Positions 33,045 to 41,190 of a stretch of DNA of 64,000 nucleotides are shown here, in pieces; positions within the stretch are counted from its first letter, which is position 1; each line of letters begins with the position of its first letter. This stretch comes from a virus. Made by a program: the position numbers and the translations under genes. The notes below the pieces were generated by a model that was given only the letters and a program-made list of their open reading frames with translations, ran no database searches and was not told the origin of the DNA. Where the stretch lies: positions 1 to 64,000 of IMG/VR virus record IMGVR_UViG_3300017963_000230; one strand, written 5' to 3'.

Positions 33045-34120
33045 TGGCTAGAATAATAAGAAGGGCAAGGACTCCTTCGCAGGCAGCGGAGGAGTACTCC
33101 CAAGCAACTAAAGCAAAGGAGGAGAAAGAGGACACTCCTAAATCAAAAGACCTAATTATCAGCACAGGCAGTACACTACTTGACCTTGCTATCTTTGGTG
33201 GAAGAGTAAGAGGAGGTGGACTTCCTGGAGGTCTTATTGTAGAGATCTTTGGCGAAGCACAACTGGGAAAGACAGCAGTTCTGGCTGAAATATGTGGATG
33301 CTCTCAGGCAGCAGGAGGCACAGTTCGATTTGCAGATCCTGAGGCACGACTGGACAGGGAATACGCAGAGATTTATGGAGTGAACCTACCTGAGGACAAG
33401 TACTGGAGACCTAGCTTGGTGGAGGAAGTATTTGACGATATTAGAGAATGGAATCCACCAAACGAAGGAACCGTGAGCATTTATGGATGTGATTCCTTGG
33501 CAGCTCTTTCTTCTAAGCTCGAGATGGAGAAAGGTGATAAAATGGGCATGAGGATAGCCAAGGACTTTAGTGCTGGCTTAAGGAAAACAGGAAATATGTT
33601 GGCTCAAGGAGGGTATAAAACATTAGTGTGCACCAATCAAGTACGGCAAGGAGACACGGGACTTAAAACACCTGGCGGCAAGGGAATTCCTTTCTGGGCT
33701 TCAGTTAGAATTTATATCCAAGCCATGTACAAAAAGAAATATGGCCGTGCTCATCATATTGATAAAGAAGTTACACTGGAAAGTGGTGCGAAGGTTCCTA
33801 AAGTAATAGGCATTAACAGTATTGCCACAGTTATTAAGAATAGCAAGGACGATCCTCACAGGGAGGCCTATATTCCTATCATCTTTGGATATGGTATAGA
33901 TGATATTAGGGCTAACTTGCAATGGCAAAAGGACATGAAAAAGGCCAGCACTTATGAATGTGGAGACGGACAAACTTACCAAGCCATGGACTATGCTATA
34001 CAATATGTAGAGAAGCACAATTTAGAACAAAAGCTGAAGGAACAGGTAATTGACTTATGGCTGGAAATCGAGGACAAGTTCAAAAAGAATACTCGCAACC
34101 GCAAGCGAAAAGCAAGATAG
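33044..34120 (+). CDS. RecA/UvsX-family recombinase
   Basis: ISTGSTLLDLAIFGG...GGLIVEIFGEAQLGKTAV and IYGCDSLAAL are colinear with E. coli RecA. Confidence 0.8.
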   Translation: MARIIRRARTPSQAAEEYSQATKAKEEKEDTPKSKDLIISTGSTLLDLAIFGGRVRGGGLPGGLIVEIFGEAQLGKTAVLAEICGCSQAAGGTVRFADPEARLDREYAEIYGVNLPEDKYWRPSLVEEVFDDIREWNPPNEGTVSIYGCDSLAALSSKLEMEKGDKMGMRIAKDFSAGLRKTGNMLAQGGYKTLVCTNQVRQGDTGLKTPGGKGIPFWASVRIYIQAMYKKKYGRAHHIDKEVTLESGAKVPKVIGINSIATVIKNSKDDPHREAYIPIIFGYGIDDIRANLQWQKDMKKASTYECGDGQTYQAMDYAIQYVEKHNLEQKLKEQVIDLWLEIEDKFKKNTRNRKRKAR

Positions 34121-34962
34121 TCATCATTGACTGCCATCCTATCTGCTATGAAGCTATGCACCATTTTGGCGGTCTTCAATGGGAGGACCGCCATACTGGT
34201 GTTATTTTTCACTTCCTTAATCGCCTTCTGTCCTTTGTAAATATGTTTGACACCACTAAGTTCGTGTTTGCTTGGGACAGCAGGAAAAGCTACCGTAAGG
34301 AGAAAGTATTTCCTGACTACAAAAAAGAGAAGCACAATGTGGAAAGGACAGAAGAAGAACAAATATTATACTCTCATTGTTTTGAACAGATGCACCAACT
34401 TAGGAAAAACATACTCCCTGCACTGGGATTCAAAAATGTGTTCATACAGACAGGTTACGAAGCTGATGATATCATAGCAGACATCGTCCTAAATGATTGC
34501 TATGTTGATTATATAGTAGTGAGTAGTGATAATGATCTTTACCAACTGCTAAGCCACTGTAGGATGTGGAGACTCAACACTAAAAAGTTCTATACTCACC
34601 AAGACTTCTATAATGAATATGACATAGAACCTGAGCAATGGGTCCAGGTTAAAATCCTAGTAGGTTGCCCTGGGGATGGAGTACCTGGACTGCCAGGTAT
34701 AGGAAATGCGAGAGCCATTTCTTGGTTAAAAGGAGAGCTTAAACCTGGTAAGTTCTATCATGACATTAAATTTGCAACGGAAGAATTCATAACACGAAAT
34801 GACCTACTTGTAAACCTACCATTTCCAGGTATTAAAACACCACAGCTTGACTTTGAAGAGAATTTTGATTTAGATAATATATTCTCCATATGTGAGGACT
34901 ACGGGTTGTTTACTTTGTTGAAAAATAGCAGGTTGAGAGCGTGGAAGGAGTTAGCAAGATGA
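34057..34962 (+). CDS. 5'-3' exonuclease / flap endonuclease
   Basis: IVIIDCH, VFAWDSRKSYRK, GYEADDIIA, VSSDNDLYQL, GDGVPGLPGIG. The start is uncertain (64-nt overlap with the recombinase gene). Confidence 0.75.
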   Translation: MAGNRGQVQKEYSQPQAKSKIVIIDCHPICYEAMHHFGGLQWEDRHTGVIFHFLNRLLSFVNMFDTTKFVFAWDSRKSYRKEKVFPDYKKEKHNVERTEEEQILYSHCFEQMHQLRKNILPALGFKNVFIQTGYEADDIIADIVLNDCYVDYIVVSSDNDLYQLLSHCRMWRLNTKKFYTHQDFYNEYDIEPEQWVQVKILVGCPGDGVPGLPGIGNARAISWLKGELKPGKFYHDIKFATEEFITRNDLLVNLPFPGIKTPQLDFEENFDLDNIFSICEDYGLFTLLKNSRLRAWKELAR

Positions 34963-35477
34963 ACTATGTGGGCTTAGACCTCAGCTTTACTGAGACAGGT
35001 GTGTCTGTACTTACTGATAAAGAATTTATACTTGGTGAAACCTTAATAAAATCAAACTCTAAACAAAAGCCTGAAGAAAGAATCATCTATATAGGTGAGG
35101 AAATCTTTTACTTCCTTGACCAATTTGACTTGCCTCATATGGTATATATTGAGGACAAGTTTGTTGGCAAATCACGAAAGCAAGCCCTATACGATGGAGG
35201 CCTCTTATACTATATCATAATTGAAACCAGAAAGCACTTATTTCCATACAAGATAATCAACCCTACATCCTTAAAGAAGTTCGTAATAGGTACTAAGGGT
35301 AAGAAGAAGGGTAGCAAGAAAGAACTGATGTTGCTCCATTGCTTTAAGAAGTGGGGTGTAGAATTCGAGAATAATAACCTGTGTGATGCTTACTGCCTTG
35401 CACGGATGGCAATGGAGGACATGATGGAAAGACAAACTACCACAGGAAATATCAAAAGGGCTAAACGGAAACCCTAA
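34959..35477 (+). CDS. RuvC-like Holliday junction resolvase
   Basis: ATGA overlap. MNYVGLDLSFTETG, VYIEDKF, NLCDAYCLA acidic triad positions. Confidence 0.6.
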   Translation: MNYVGLDLSFTETGVSVLTDKEFILGETLIKSNSKQKPEERIIYIGEEIFYFLDQFDLPHMVYIEDKFVGKSRKQALYDGGLLYYIIIETRKHLFPYKIINPTSLKKFVIGTKGKKKGSKKELMLLHCFKKWGVEFENNNLCDAYCLARMAMEDMMERQTTTGNIKRAKRKP

Positions 35478-35494
35478 AAAAGCCAAAGGCTGTG

Positions 35495-35503
35495 TGCTAT
35501 AAT
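35495..35503 (+). promoter_or_regulatory. Extended -10 promoter element
   Basis: TGCTATAAT, 27 nt before ATG 35530. The same 9-mer is found on the minus strand at 59428-59436. Confidence 0.45.
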
Positions 35504-35529
35504 ATGTAATAAATACAGGAGGTTAGCCT

Positions 35530-35859
35530 ATGACTAAGGATGTCGAAACGCTGAATATGTTTGTGAAAGTTGTGAACAGCCTGTCATTCATTTTTGGACA
35601 AAAACCTAAAAACATGTACTATGTGTTGAATAAAGTAGGCAGTTTTGATGAGCTTCTTGTGCTTGCCTTAGCAGCGATTGACATGAAAATGGAAGTGGAT
35701 GAAGCCTGGCGCTTGTGTGAGGAAACCAAAACTGTTGAGGAAGAGATATTAAAGAAAAAGGAAGAACTGAAAGAGAAGATGGGAGAGGTAATTCACCTGT
35801 GGAAAAACAAAGAAGATTCCTTTGCGGCCACTGTAAACGGTTCAAAAGAGAGAACTTAA
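35530..35859 (+). CDS. Hypothetical protein
   Basis: ACAGGAGGT SD; 109 aa. Confidence 0.7.
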   Translation: MTKDVETLNMFVKVVNSLSFIFGQKPKNMYYVLNKVGSFDELLVLALAAIDMKMEVDEAWRLCEETKTVEEEILKKKEELKEKMGEVIHLWKNKEDSFAATVNGSKERT

Positions 35860-35996
35860 TAGAGTGGGAAAAGTACTGCTCAGTATCTGGTTGGACAGTT
35901 ACACCTCTCCACGTTAATTGTCGTAAAGGGGAAATAGACACTATACCCTGGGAACCTAAAAGACAAAAACCAAGGAGGATTGTTCGCTTTGATTAA
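35799..35996 (+). CDS. Small Cys-rich protein
   Basis: CGHCKRF...CSVSGW...HVNC. 61-nt overlap with the upstream ORF. Confidence 0.4.
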   Translation: MEKQRRFLCGHCKRFKRENLIEWEKYCSVSGWTVTPLHVNCRKGEIDTIPWEPKRQKPRRIVRFD

Positions 35997-36486
35997 AAAA
36001 TTATATGAATATAAACTGTGGAACTTTAATGAAGATGAGGAAAAGATACTTCATACTCTATGGAAAGAGGTGCTGTCTGAAGATAATTGGTGGCACTTCT
36101 TTTATGAAGGTAGCTATACGGTGATAAGAGTCACCCGAAAATCCAGAGGTAAGGTGAGCAACTTTCTTAAAAGGAAGGGTGTGGACTGTAGATATGCAGG
36201 AAAATGGATTGATAATATAAAAACTACCAGGGAGTCCCAAAACGAGTTCCTTTATATATTTCATGGCTACTCGGAATTAGCGATGAAAAGCATAGGTAAG
36301 AGCAATAAAGATATAGAATTTTTGCTCGATAGAGTTGTACATTGTTTTATGAATAATATGTCGAGTAACCTCAGAAGAGAAACAACAGGAGCACTTTGGG
36401 AGCCTATGCTGATAGCAAAGAATGCCATCGAAAGAGCTGTTTTTATAGGAAGGATTCTTGAACATCATGATAAAAAGAGTGAATAG
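35980..36486 (+). CDS. Hypothetical protein
   Basis: TTG start after an AAGGAGG SD; 168 aa. Confidence 0.65.
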   Translation: MFALIKKLYEYKLWNFNEDEEKILHTLWKEVLSEDNWWHFFYEGSYTVIRVTRKSRGKVSNFLKRKGVDCRYAGKWIDNIKTTRESQNEFLYIFHGYSELAMKSIGKSNKDIEFLLDRVVHCFMNNMSSNLRRETTGALWEPMLIAKNAIERAVFIGRILEHHDKKSE

Positions 36487-36649
36487 GGAAAAGAAGGAAA
36501 GGCACCTGAAGAAGATGGCTCGTCGTCACTTACAACGATACCGTTGGAAGCTGGCGGAGATAAGAAGTGGTGTCAAAACTAACCTAACTACTAAGGAAAA
36601 ATGGATCCTTAAAAAGGCCATTTGGGCAGAGAGGTTGCTTACTCAATGA
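36458..36649 (+). CDS. Small basic protein
   Basis: Arg/Lys-rich 63-aa ORF. Confidence 0.45.
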   Translation: MNIMIKRVNREKKERHLKKMARRHLQRYRWKLAEIRSGVKTNLTTKEKWILKKAIWAERLLTQ

Positions 36650-36858
36650 ACTGGATAAAGGTAACTAGAGTTCACCCCATATTAAAAGCCAGTGGAATCA
36701 TATCCAATGTAGTACTTGTAAATCTTGATAACGTAAACGAAATTTACTCCATGGATTTTGGATCTAGACTGGTATATAATGTCAAGAACCTTGCAGGAGA
36801 CGATTGGGAATGTTTAGATGTACAACAAACTCCTGAATGGATCATGAAACAATGCTAG
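36646..36858 (+). CDS. Hypothetical protein
   Basis: ATGA overlap with the upstream stop. Confidence 0.55.
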   Translation: MNWIKVTRVHPILKASGIISNVVLVNLDNVNEIYSMDFGSRLVYNVKNLAGDDWECLDVQQTPEWIMKQC

Positions 36859-37907
36859 AGACGGCTGAAATAAAATACTACCAAAGACACGAACACTCTG
36901 TACTAGAGTTTGATAAAGGCCTTAATGTCATAAAGGGCACTTCGCATAGCGGTAAATCCTCAATCTGGAGAGCTCTTAATTGGGCTCTCCAGAACCGCCC
37001 TTTAGGTGAAGGATTCCGTTCCTACTTCGCACCCAAAGGTAGCGTAACTACAACAGGATTAGAATTCAATGATGCTACCATCTTCCGCAATAAGTCTGAT
37101 AGTGAAAACAGTTACCTTGTAAATGGAAAAGAACTGAAAGCAATAAAATCTGACTTGCCTGATGAAGTACTGGAAGCATCACAGATGAATGAAGTTAACC
37201 TTCAAGGGCAGGACGATCCTTATTTTCTCATACTTGACAGTCCAGGCAGTGTAGCCCGAAAGCTCAATGAGGCAGTAGGGCTTGACATAATAGATGAAAG
37301 TATGAGTAAGGTAAACAGCATAGTATCCAAAGCTAACCTTGCGCTGAAGATAATCAACGAAGATATATTTAAAGCAGAGAATGACCTGGAGTCACTTGCC
37401 TGGATAGATGAAGTTGGTCCTAAAATACTAAGAGTAAAAGAGAACATAAATAGGACTGATAAGATTAAATACAGAATATATATTCTTAATGAAAAGATTG
37501 AGAACATAAGATCAGTTGAAGATAAGATAAAAGAGTACAGCCATTGGTTAAAAGTTGAGGATCACTACATCAATCTGATGTGGAAACTCGAAAGAAGAGA
37601 TAATATAAAGATCAAAAAAGGAAGACTCAGTTATTTATTAATGCAGGTGGACAACTACAGCAAAGCTGTGGAGAGGGGCAAAGAGTGGCTGTCAGTTGAG
37701 GATAAGTATGTGCAGTTATCACAGAAGGTTACACGAAGGCAACAGCTTTTGGTGCAAATAAGGCAGTTAAAAAGTGTATGTAAGCGTATAGACGAAGCAG
37801 AAATCGTCGTGAATTCAGCAAATAAGCACGTAAGAAATTTACAGTCCAAATATGACAGCTTGCTAAAAAGCACAAACGCTTGTCCGCTGTGTGGGAGGGC
37901 TTGGTAA
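36837..37907 (+). CDS. Rad50/SbcC-like ATPase, N-terminal half (Walker A, coiled coil, terminal CxxC hook)
   Basis: LNVIKGTSHSGKSSIW P-loop and a long heptad-rich region. Ends in ...NACPLCGRAW. Confidence 0.65.
   Translation: MDHETMLETAEIKYYQRHEHSVLEFDKGLNVIKGTSHSGKSSIWRALNWALQNRPLGEGFRSYFAPKGSVTTTGLEFNDATIFRNKSDSENSYLVNGKELKAIKSDLPDEVLEASQMNEVNLQGQDDPYFLILDSPGSVARKLNEAVGLDIIDESMSKVNSIVSKANLALKIINEDIFKAENDLESLAWIDEVGPKILRVKENINRTDKIKYRIYILNEKIENIRSVEDKIKEYSHWLKVEDHYINLMWKLERRDNIKIKKGRLSYLLMQVDNYSKAVERGKEWLSVEDKYVQLSQKVTRRQQLLVQIRQLKSVCKRIDEAEIVVNSANKHVRNLQSKYDSLLKSTNACPLCGRAW
37809..37826 (+). promoter_or_regulatory. Partial copy of the conserved motif, inside a CDS
   Basis: gtgaattcagcaaataag matches the right half of the motif at 10810 and 30182. 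Confidence 0.3.
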
Positions 37908-38134
37908 TGTACAAATGGGAAGAAGTTCATAAAGTATCACATCCGCCAGAAGGCGGAGTTACTGGTGAAGAGGTTACGGAGAAGATGGAGATACCTGAAG
38001 GTACTCTATATAAGAATATAATCGCTATTGGTGTAGGACACTTGATGACAAAAGTTACCGTCAGCCAGTCGATGGTATTTGTACCTAAAGGCATTGTAAT
38101 TGGAGAAGAATGTGAAACTACTGATAACGGGTGA
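37907..38134 (+). CDS. Hypothetical protein
   Basis: TAATG coupling; 75 aa. Confidence 0.5.
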   Translation: MYKWEEVHKVSHPPEGGVTGEEVTEKMEIPEGTLYKNIIAIGVGHLMTKVTVSQSMVFVPKGIVIGEECETTDNG

Positions 38135-39053
38135 CTGGCACCTTACGGACAAAACCCCGAGGAACCGTATTGACGATTATCCAGCTACACAGCACCGCAA
38201 GATAAGCTGGATGATAGGAATGGCTGTACAGAATAGATGCAAATATATTCTACAGCCTGGGGATATGTTCGACAGCTTCAAAGCCAGGGACAGGATGAAA
38301 ACAGATTGGATAGAAAGATGGAAAAATGTTCTATCTAATGATGGTATAAAAGTACTCACTGTTCCTGGTCAACATGACATGCGCTACCATACCAGCGACT
38401 TGAGGGATACACCTATGGGGGTGCTGGCTGCGGCGGGTGTAATAAGGATCCTAAAAGAAGAATCAATCTTAGAATTTGGAAGACCTAGCACCTTTGCAGA
38501 TAGAGTACACTTCTACGGCTCAGGCTGGAATGCCGCCATACCCGAGCCCTGTGATGCCTCTGGGCTCCATGTATGGGTCACACACCGTATGGTGGTATCA
38601 GGCGACCCCCTATGGCCAGGACAGACTGACTATGAACAAGGTGAACTTTTACTCAGAAGAACTAAATTTGACCTCATAGTTACAGGTGACAACCATAGAA
38701 GTTTCCTAATTAAGGCAAACAATAGGGTACTCATTAATTGTGGTAGCCTAATGCGATCTACCATAGATCAAATTCATCACATACCTTGCATATACATTTA
38801 CGACACAGTAGGAAGGACGGTGGAAAAACATGAAGTACACCCATTGGCTCCCATCACTGAGGTTCTCCGTGTGGATCAAGCAGCGGAAGAAAAAGAAAGG
38901 AATGAAAAGCTGGAAGCCTTCGTGGAAGGGGTCCGCAAAGACGTCCAAATCGAAGGGCTAGATTTTAAACACAATATTGATTCATACCTTAAATCACACC
39001 GTGTTAAACCGAGTGTGAGGAAGTTAATAGAAGGAGTCCTGTCAGATGGATGA
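38112..39053 (+). CDS. Mre11/SbcD-like nuclease
   Basis: LLITGDWHLTDK, QPGDMFD, VPGQHD, VTHRMV, VTGDNHRS phosphoesterase motifs. GTG 38112 is preferred after a GGAGAAG SD. Confidence 0.75.
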   Translation: MKLLITGDWHLTDKTPRNRIDDYPATQHRKISWMIGMAVQNRCKYILQPGDMFDSFKARDRMKTDWIERWKNVLSNDGIKVLTVPGQHDMRYHTSDLRDTPMGVLAAAGVIRILKEESILEFGRPSTFADRVHFYGSGWNAAIPEPCDASGLHVWVTHRMVVSGDPLWPGQTDYEQGELLLRRTKFDLIVTGDNHRSFLIKANNRVLINCGSLMRSTIDQIHHIPCIYIYDTVGRTVEKHEVHPLAPITEVLRVDQAAEEKERNEKLEAFVEGVRKDVQIEGLDFKHNIDSYLKSHRVKPSVRKLIEGVLSDG

Positions 39054-39288
39054 TATACTGAAAGACCTTGAGAAGCTAGGAAGCTCTTTAGAAGAGGCTA
39101 AGAGCAATCTCTCTAGGGAGGAAGGCAGACTGGAGGAGATGTATAAATCACTTAAAGAAGAATTTGACGTTAAGGACTATAATGAAGCTAAAATTAAGAT
39201 TGTTACCTTAACTTCAGAACTCGAGGAAATTGAGAATGAAATCCAGAAAGATTACTCGGAGCTCAAAGCTAACTACGACTGGGAATAA
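39046..39288 (+). CDS. Coiled-coil protein (possible Rad50 arm fragment)
   Basis: 80-aa heptad-rich product between the nuclease gene and the Rad50 C-terminal half. Confidence 0.5.
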   Translation: MDDILKDLEKLGSSLEEAKSNLSREEGRLEEMYKSLKEEFDVKDYNEAKIKIVTLTSELEEIENEIQKDYSELKANYDWE

Positions 39289-39313
39289 AACCCTAGTTGT
39301 AGATGAAAGCAGT

Positions 39314-39949
39314 ATGAACAAAACGGTTGCATATCCCTTCAGTACTGAGAAATTTTCAGAAATTCAAAGAAAGTACCATGAACTCAAAACTGCTCAAGAA
39401 TCCATCAGACAGCAGTATTACTCGTTACAGGTTAAGAAGGAAGAGACAGAAAGGAAAATAGAAGATGGCGCTCGTGCCCTCGCCATTATCCAGGAGGTGG
39501 CTAAAAAGACTCAAGAAAGACTTGAGTTCCACATCAGTTCTCTCGTCACTACTGCCATTGAAGCCGTTGACCCAGACTGGCCAGAGTTTGTCGTTAAAAT
39601 TACCATACGAAGAAACAGAACAGAGTGTGACTTGCTCTTCAGAGAGGAAGGTGTCGATCAACGTCCAAAAGATAGCAGTGGTGGAGGAGTCAAAGATATC
39701 GCCAGCTTTGCTCTCAGAATTGCTTACTGGTCTCTCAAAAAGAATAGACCAACATTTATACTTGATGAGCCTTTCCGTAATGTCAGCCCAGACAGGCAGG
39801 ATAAGGTCAGCGAAATGCTCAAAATGGTCTGTGATCGACTTGGACTGCAAATCATAATGGTCAGCCATGCAGAGGACATCAATATAGCTGCCAACAGGAC
39901 ATTCCATAACAGCAAGAAAGGGAAAGTGAGTAAAGTAGAGGTAATATGA
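39314..39949 (+). CDS. Rad50/SbcC-like ATPase, C-terminal half (signature, Walker B, H-loop)
   Basis: SSGGGVKDIASFALRIA, TFILDEPFRNVSPD, IIMVSHAED. The start is uncertain (TTG 39230 also lies in frame). Confidence 0.65.
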   Translation: MNKTVAYPFSTEKFSEIQRKYHELKTAQESIRQQYYSLQVKKEETERKIEDGARALAIIQEVAKKTQERLEFHISSLVTTAIEAVDPDWPEFVVKITIRRNRTECDLLFREEGVDQRPKDSSGGGVKDIASFALRIAYWSLKKNRPTFILDEPFRNVSPDRQDKVSEMLKMVCDRLGLQIIMVSHAEDINIAANRTFHNSKKGKVSKVEVI

Positions 39950-40203
39950 AAGAATTGATATTTGGTGTGGCTCTTATTATTAGTGGATTTATTCTAGGTT
40001 ACCTGGTATCTAATAATCAGATGCTTAGAGAACCCCTAGAAGGAAATAAACAGTTAGCTCAAGAGATTGCTATGCTACAAAAGGATGTGATGAGACTAGA
40101 AGCGAGTATAGCAGAAAACCTAATTAGAATAGATTACTTAGAATACTGGAGAGACAGTGTAGTGTATCGACCTGAAAAGAAACCTACTGTTCCAAAGCGT
40201 TAA
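39946..40203 (+). CDS. Membrane-anchored coiled-coil protein
   Basis: LIFGVALIISGFILGYLV transmembrane helix, then a heptad region. Last plus-strand gene. Confidence 0.6.
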   Translation: MKELIFGVALIISGFILGYLVSNNQMLREPLEGNKQLAQEIAMLQKDVMRLEASIAENLIRIDYLEYWRDSVVYRPEKKPTVPKR

Positions 40204-40243
40204 GTTCTGATTTCCACTCACGGTGGTACCTAGGGTCAGACAG

Positions 40244-40471
40244 TCACATCCAACCTTCTTCTAAAGTCATCTTTCCTGGAACAGGAGCCTGATCTTTAGC
40301 CTTAGCCCATATATCTACATTCTTTACATCCTGCCTGAGCATCACCGCATCACCTTCAGGCACATAAATGGTCTTAATTTTAGGTGCCATCCAAGTACAG
40401 CTACTTAGGATCAGAAGGCTTACTCCAAGTATCATTAATTTTGTCATGTAGTCTTTTTTCGGTGTCTCCAT
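40244..40471 (-). CDS. Putative lipoprotein
   Basis: MTKLMILGVSLLILSSC lipobox (L-S-S-C). Overlapped at its 5' end by the micro-ORF 40401-40565. Confidence 0.55.
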   Translation of the reverse strand: METPKKDYMTKLMILGVSLLILSSCTWMAPKIKTIYVPEGDAVMLRQDVKNVDIWAKAKDQAPVPGKMTLEEGWM

Positions 40472-40565
40472 TACTATGACCTACCTCCATGGTTTGAGTT
40501 TCTTTCTTTAAAAGACCTAAAAGTGATTCAAAAAAGGCCTTCAAGATTATACCTAACCACTTCAT
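40401..40565 (-). CDS. Small protein (54 aa) with a hydrophobic N-terminus
   Basis: AGGAGAA SD. MKWLGIILKAFFESLLGLL. Overlaps the lipoprotein gene out of frame. Confidence 0.35.
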   Translation of the reverse strand: MKWLGIILKAFFESLLGLLKKETQTMEVGHSNGDTEKRLHDKINDTWSKPSDPK

Positions 40566-40583
40566 TTTATTCTCCTAAATTAA

Positions 40584-40610
40584 AGTGGCTGTCTCTATCA
40601 GACAGCCACT
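40584..40610 (-). terminator. Perfect 11-bp stem, 5-nt loop hairpin
   Basis: agtggctgtct / ctatc / agacagccact, between minus-strand ORFs. Followed on the minus strand by ttaattt. Confidence 0.45.
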
Positions 40611-40633
40611 TTCGGCTGCAAGGCTGTTGAAGA

Positions 40634-40837
40634 TTAATCATTGTCCGGAATGTTGAATGACACTCTAATTAAATTGCAAATGGGTAGAAATATTTTATCG
40701 TCCCAATCTGCATCAGTGCTGGCAACTTTATCCTCGATAAAATCCAGCACATGGTCCATTAAATCCTTCAACATTTCTGGCGTCAAGAGACCAAACAAAA
40801 TACTGAACAGCTTTAAAAGGATATCCTTCATACTCAT
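40634..40837 (-). CDS. Hypothetical protein
   Basis: 4-nt overlap with the upstream gene; 67 aa. Confidence 0.6.
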   Translation of the reverse strand: MSMKDILLKLFSILFGLLTPEMLKDLMDHVLDFIEDKVASTDADWDDKIFLPICNLIRVSFNIPDND

Positions 40838-41190
40838 TCACCTCCTTTCTGTTTAGGTTGGATATGAAACGCCTTGAGTAGTACTTCTTGATTAGCCTTG
40901 ATAGTGTGTATGGTATCAAATTTCTCCTCCATTCTCGTAGCTATCCATCCAAACATCGTAATCGTTATACCTACTAATATTATCAAGACCCATCGTGGTG
41001 CCCTAGATTTAATATCTTCTCTCATTTCCTTCAAATCCTCCTTAGTTGCCGTTCTCTCGAATAATTGTTCTATATGTGCTTCATTTTTATGAATAGCAGA
41101 ACATTTGATATCATGAAATGCACAGACGGATCTATCTGATTCCCTCCTTATGTGTTTCCTTCTATCTTCTATTCCATTCCAATCACTCAT
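40834..41190 (-). CDS. Membrane protein with a C-proximal transmembrane helix (holin/XhlA-like layout, unverified)
   Basis: Helical N-terminal region, then WVLIILVGITITMFGWIA. 4-nt overlap with the giant gene. Confidence 0.55.
   Translation of the reverse strand: MSDWNGIEDRRKHIRRESDRSVCAFHDIKCSAIHKNEAHIEQLFERTATKEDLKEMREDIKSRAPRWVLIILVGITITMFGWIATRMEEKFDTIHTIKANQEVLLKAFHIQPKQKGGE

Noticed and set aside
32640-33165. Antisense and alternative-frame ORFs over the acidic tail of the SSB gene (32640-32894, 32695-32958, 32854-33165, 32879-33103)
   Set aside because: They are low-complexity GAA/GAG repeat artefacts.
39425-39915. ORFs 39425-39907 (-), 39465-39857 (+) and 39724-39915 (-) inside the Rad50 C-terminal half
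   Set aside because: The 39314-39949 frame carries the ABC signature, Walker B and H-loop motifs. The others have no motifs or SD.
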